DNA from: Octopus vulgaris
Lineage: Eukaryota
NCBI GenBank assembly: GCA_951406725.2
Contig: OX597816.1
Location: forward strand, 620,001-684,000
Reading direction: 5' to 3'
DNA length: 64,000 nucleotides
Under the pieces are notes generated by a model. It was not told the DNA's origin. It worked only from the letters and a program-made list of their open reading frames with translations, and made no database searches. A program made the translations under genes and the position numbers. How positions within the stretch are numbered: position 1 is the first letter of the stretch; every line of letters begins with the position of its first letter. Shown piece by piece: positions 63,430-64,000 of this stretch.

Positions 63430-64000
63430 CCCTTAATGAACTTACTGGTTTTGTTTTGAATATTAATTTCAATACTCATAAATAATCAGTAATTAGATAA
63501 ACAGAGGTTTATAATTATTCAAGAAAAATAAGCAAATAGAGATTAATCAATTAATAATTATGTCTGTTTTTGCAATTAGTAATAATTACTCAACGAGGGG
63601 TACCCCACTCACTACTCATCAGGCTGAAGACACCTTAGTTATATGAAGGTTACAGTGTCATTAAAGAATCTCAACTCATCAAAGATATAATTTAGAAAAA
63701 AACTTTTATTTGCATTCCCAGCAACCTTCGTTGCAAACTGTGAACTATAAAAAAGCTTTTTTCAGCTTATCAAACTTCAAAGTGGGAAAAGCCTACAATG
63801 TAGGAACTTTCCTACATACACACCTTGTCTCTGATCATGGAATACCCAGTGTATTGGAGATACTGACCCATCACCTGGGATAAGCCAGAAAAAGCTGTAA
63901 GACGTGAATTACTTCTAATTCACCTTACTCTAATTAAATATTCTAAATGTCCCGAGATGCCCGTCCTGCTCTTTGTTGTCTTTTTTTTTCCTTTAATATA

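Noticed and set aside
63824-63894. AG/GT-bounded segment on - as a further DERA exon
   Set aside because: No frame resembles the expected upstream DERA peptide (EIDVVINR region).

Overview
AT-rich, intron- and transposon-rich animal genomic DNA. The SINE/RTE-LINE repertoire and the (TA)n/(CA)n/(GAT)n microsatellites look like octopus (cephalopod); this is inferred from repeat style, not proven. Three spliced genes were reconstructed by hand. (1) The 3' five exons of a DUF21/CBS-pair (CNNM/Mam3-like) protein on + (2134-18416). (2) A complete 5-exon ZC4H2 on - (44475-20163, 222 aa), convergent with gene 1. (3) The last three exons of deoxyribose-phosphate aldolase DERA on - (62204-58656), with a GC-AG final intron. 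The rest is mostly mobile DNA: an internally deleted Gypsy LTR element, a hAT/Charlie fossil, mariner and maT fossils, R4-like, Penelope-like, Tx1/L1 and many RTE LINE copies, tRNA-derived SINEs, MITEs and a head-to-tail Helitron array. The most interesting signals are: an 84-bp-arm palindrome in ZC4H2 intron 3 carrying a minimal hammerhead-ribozyme motif on each strand; a PHD-finger-like module inside the RTE reverse transcriptase; inverted LINEs flanking ZC4H2 exons 2-3, whose back-spliced circle would be a stop-free ORF; and an L1 element broken into four alternating-orientation blocks. Transposon boundaries are approximate unless termini or TSDs are stated.
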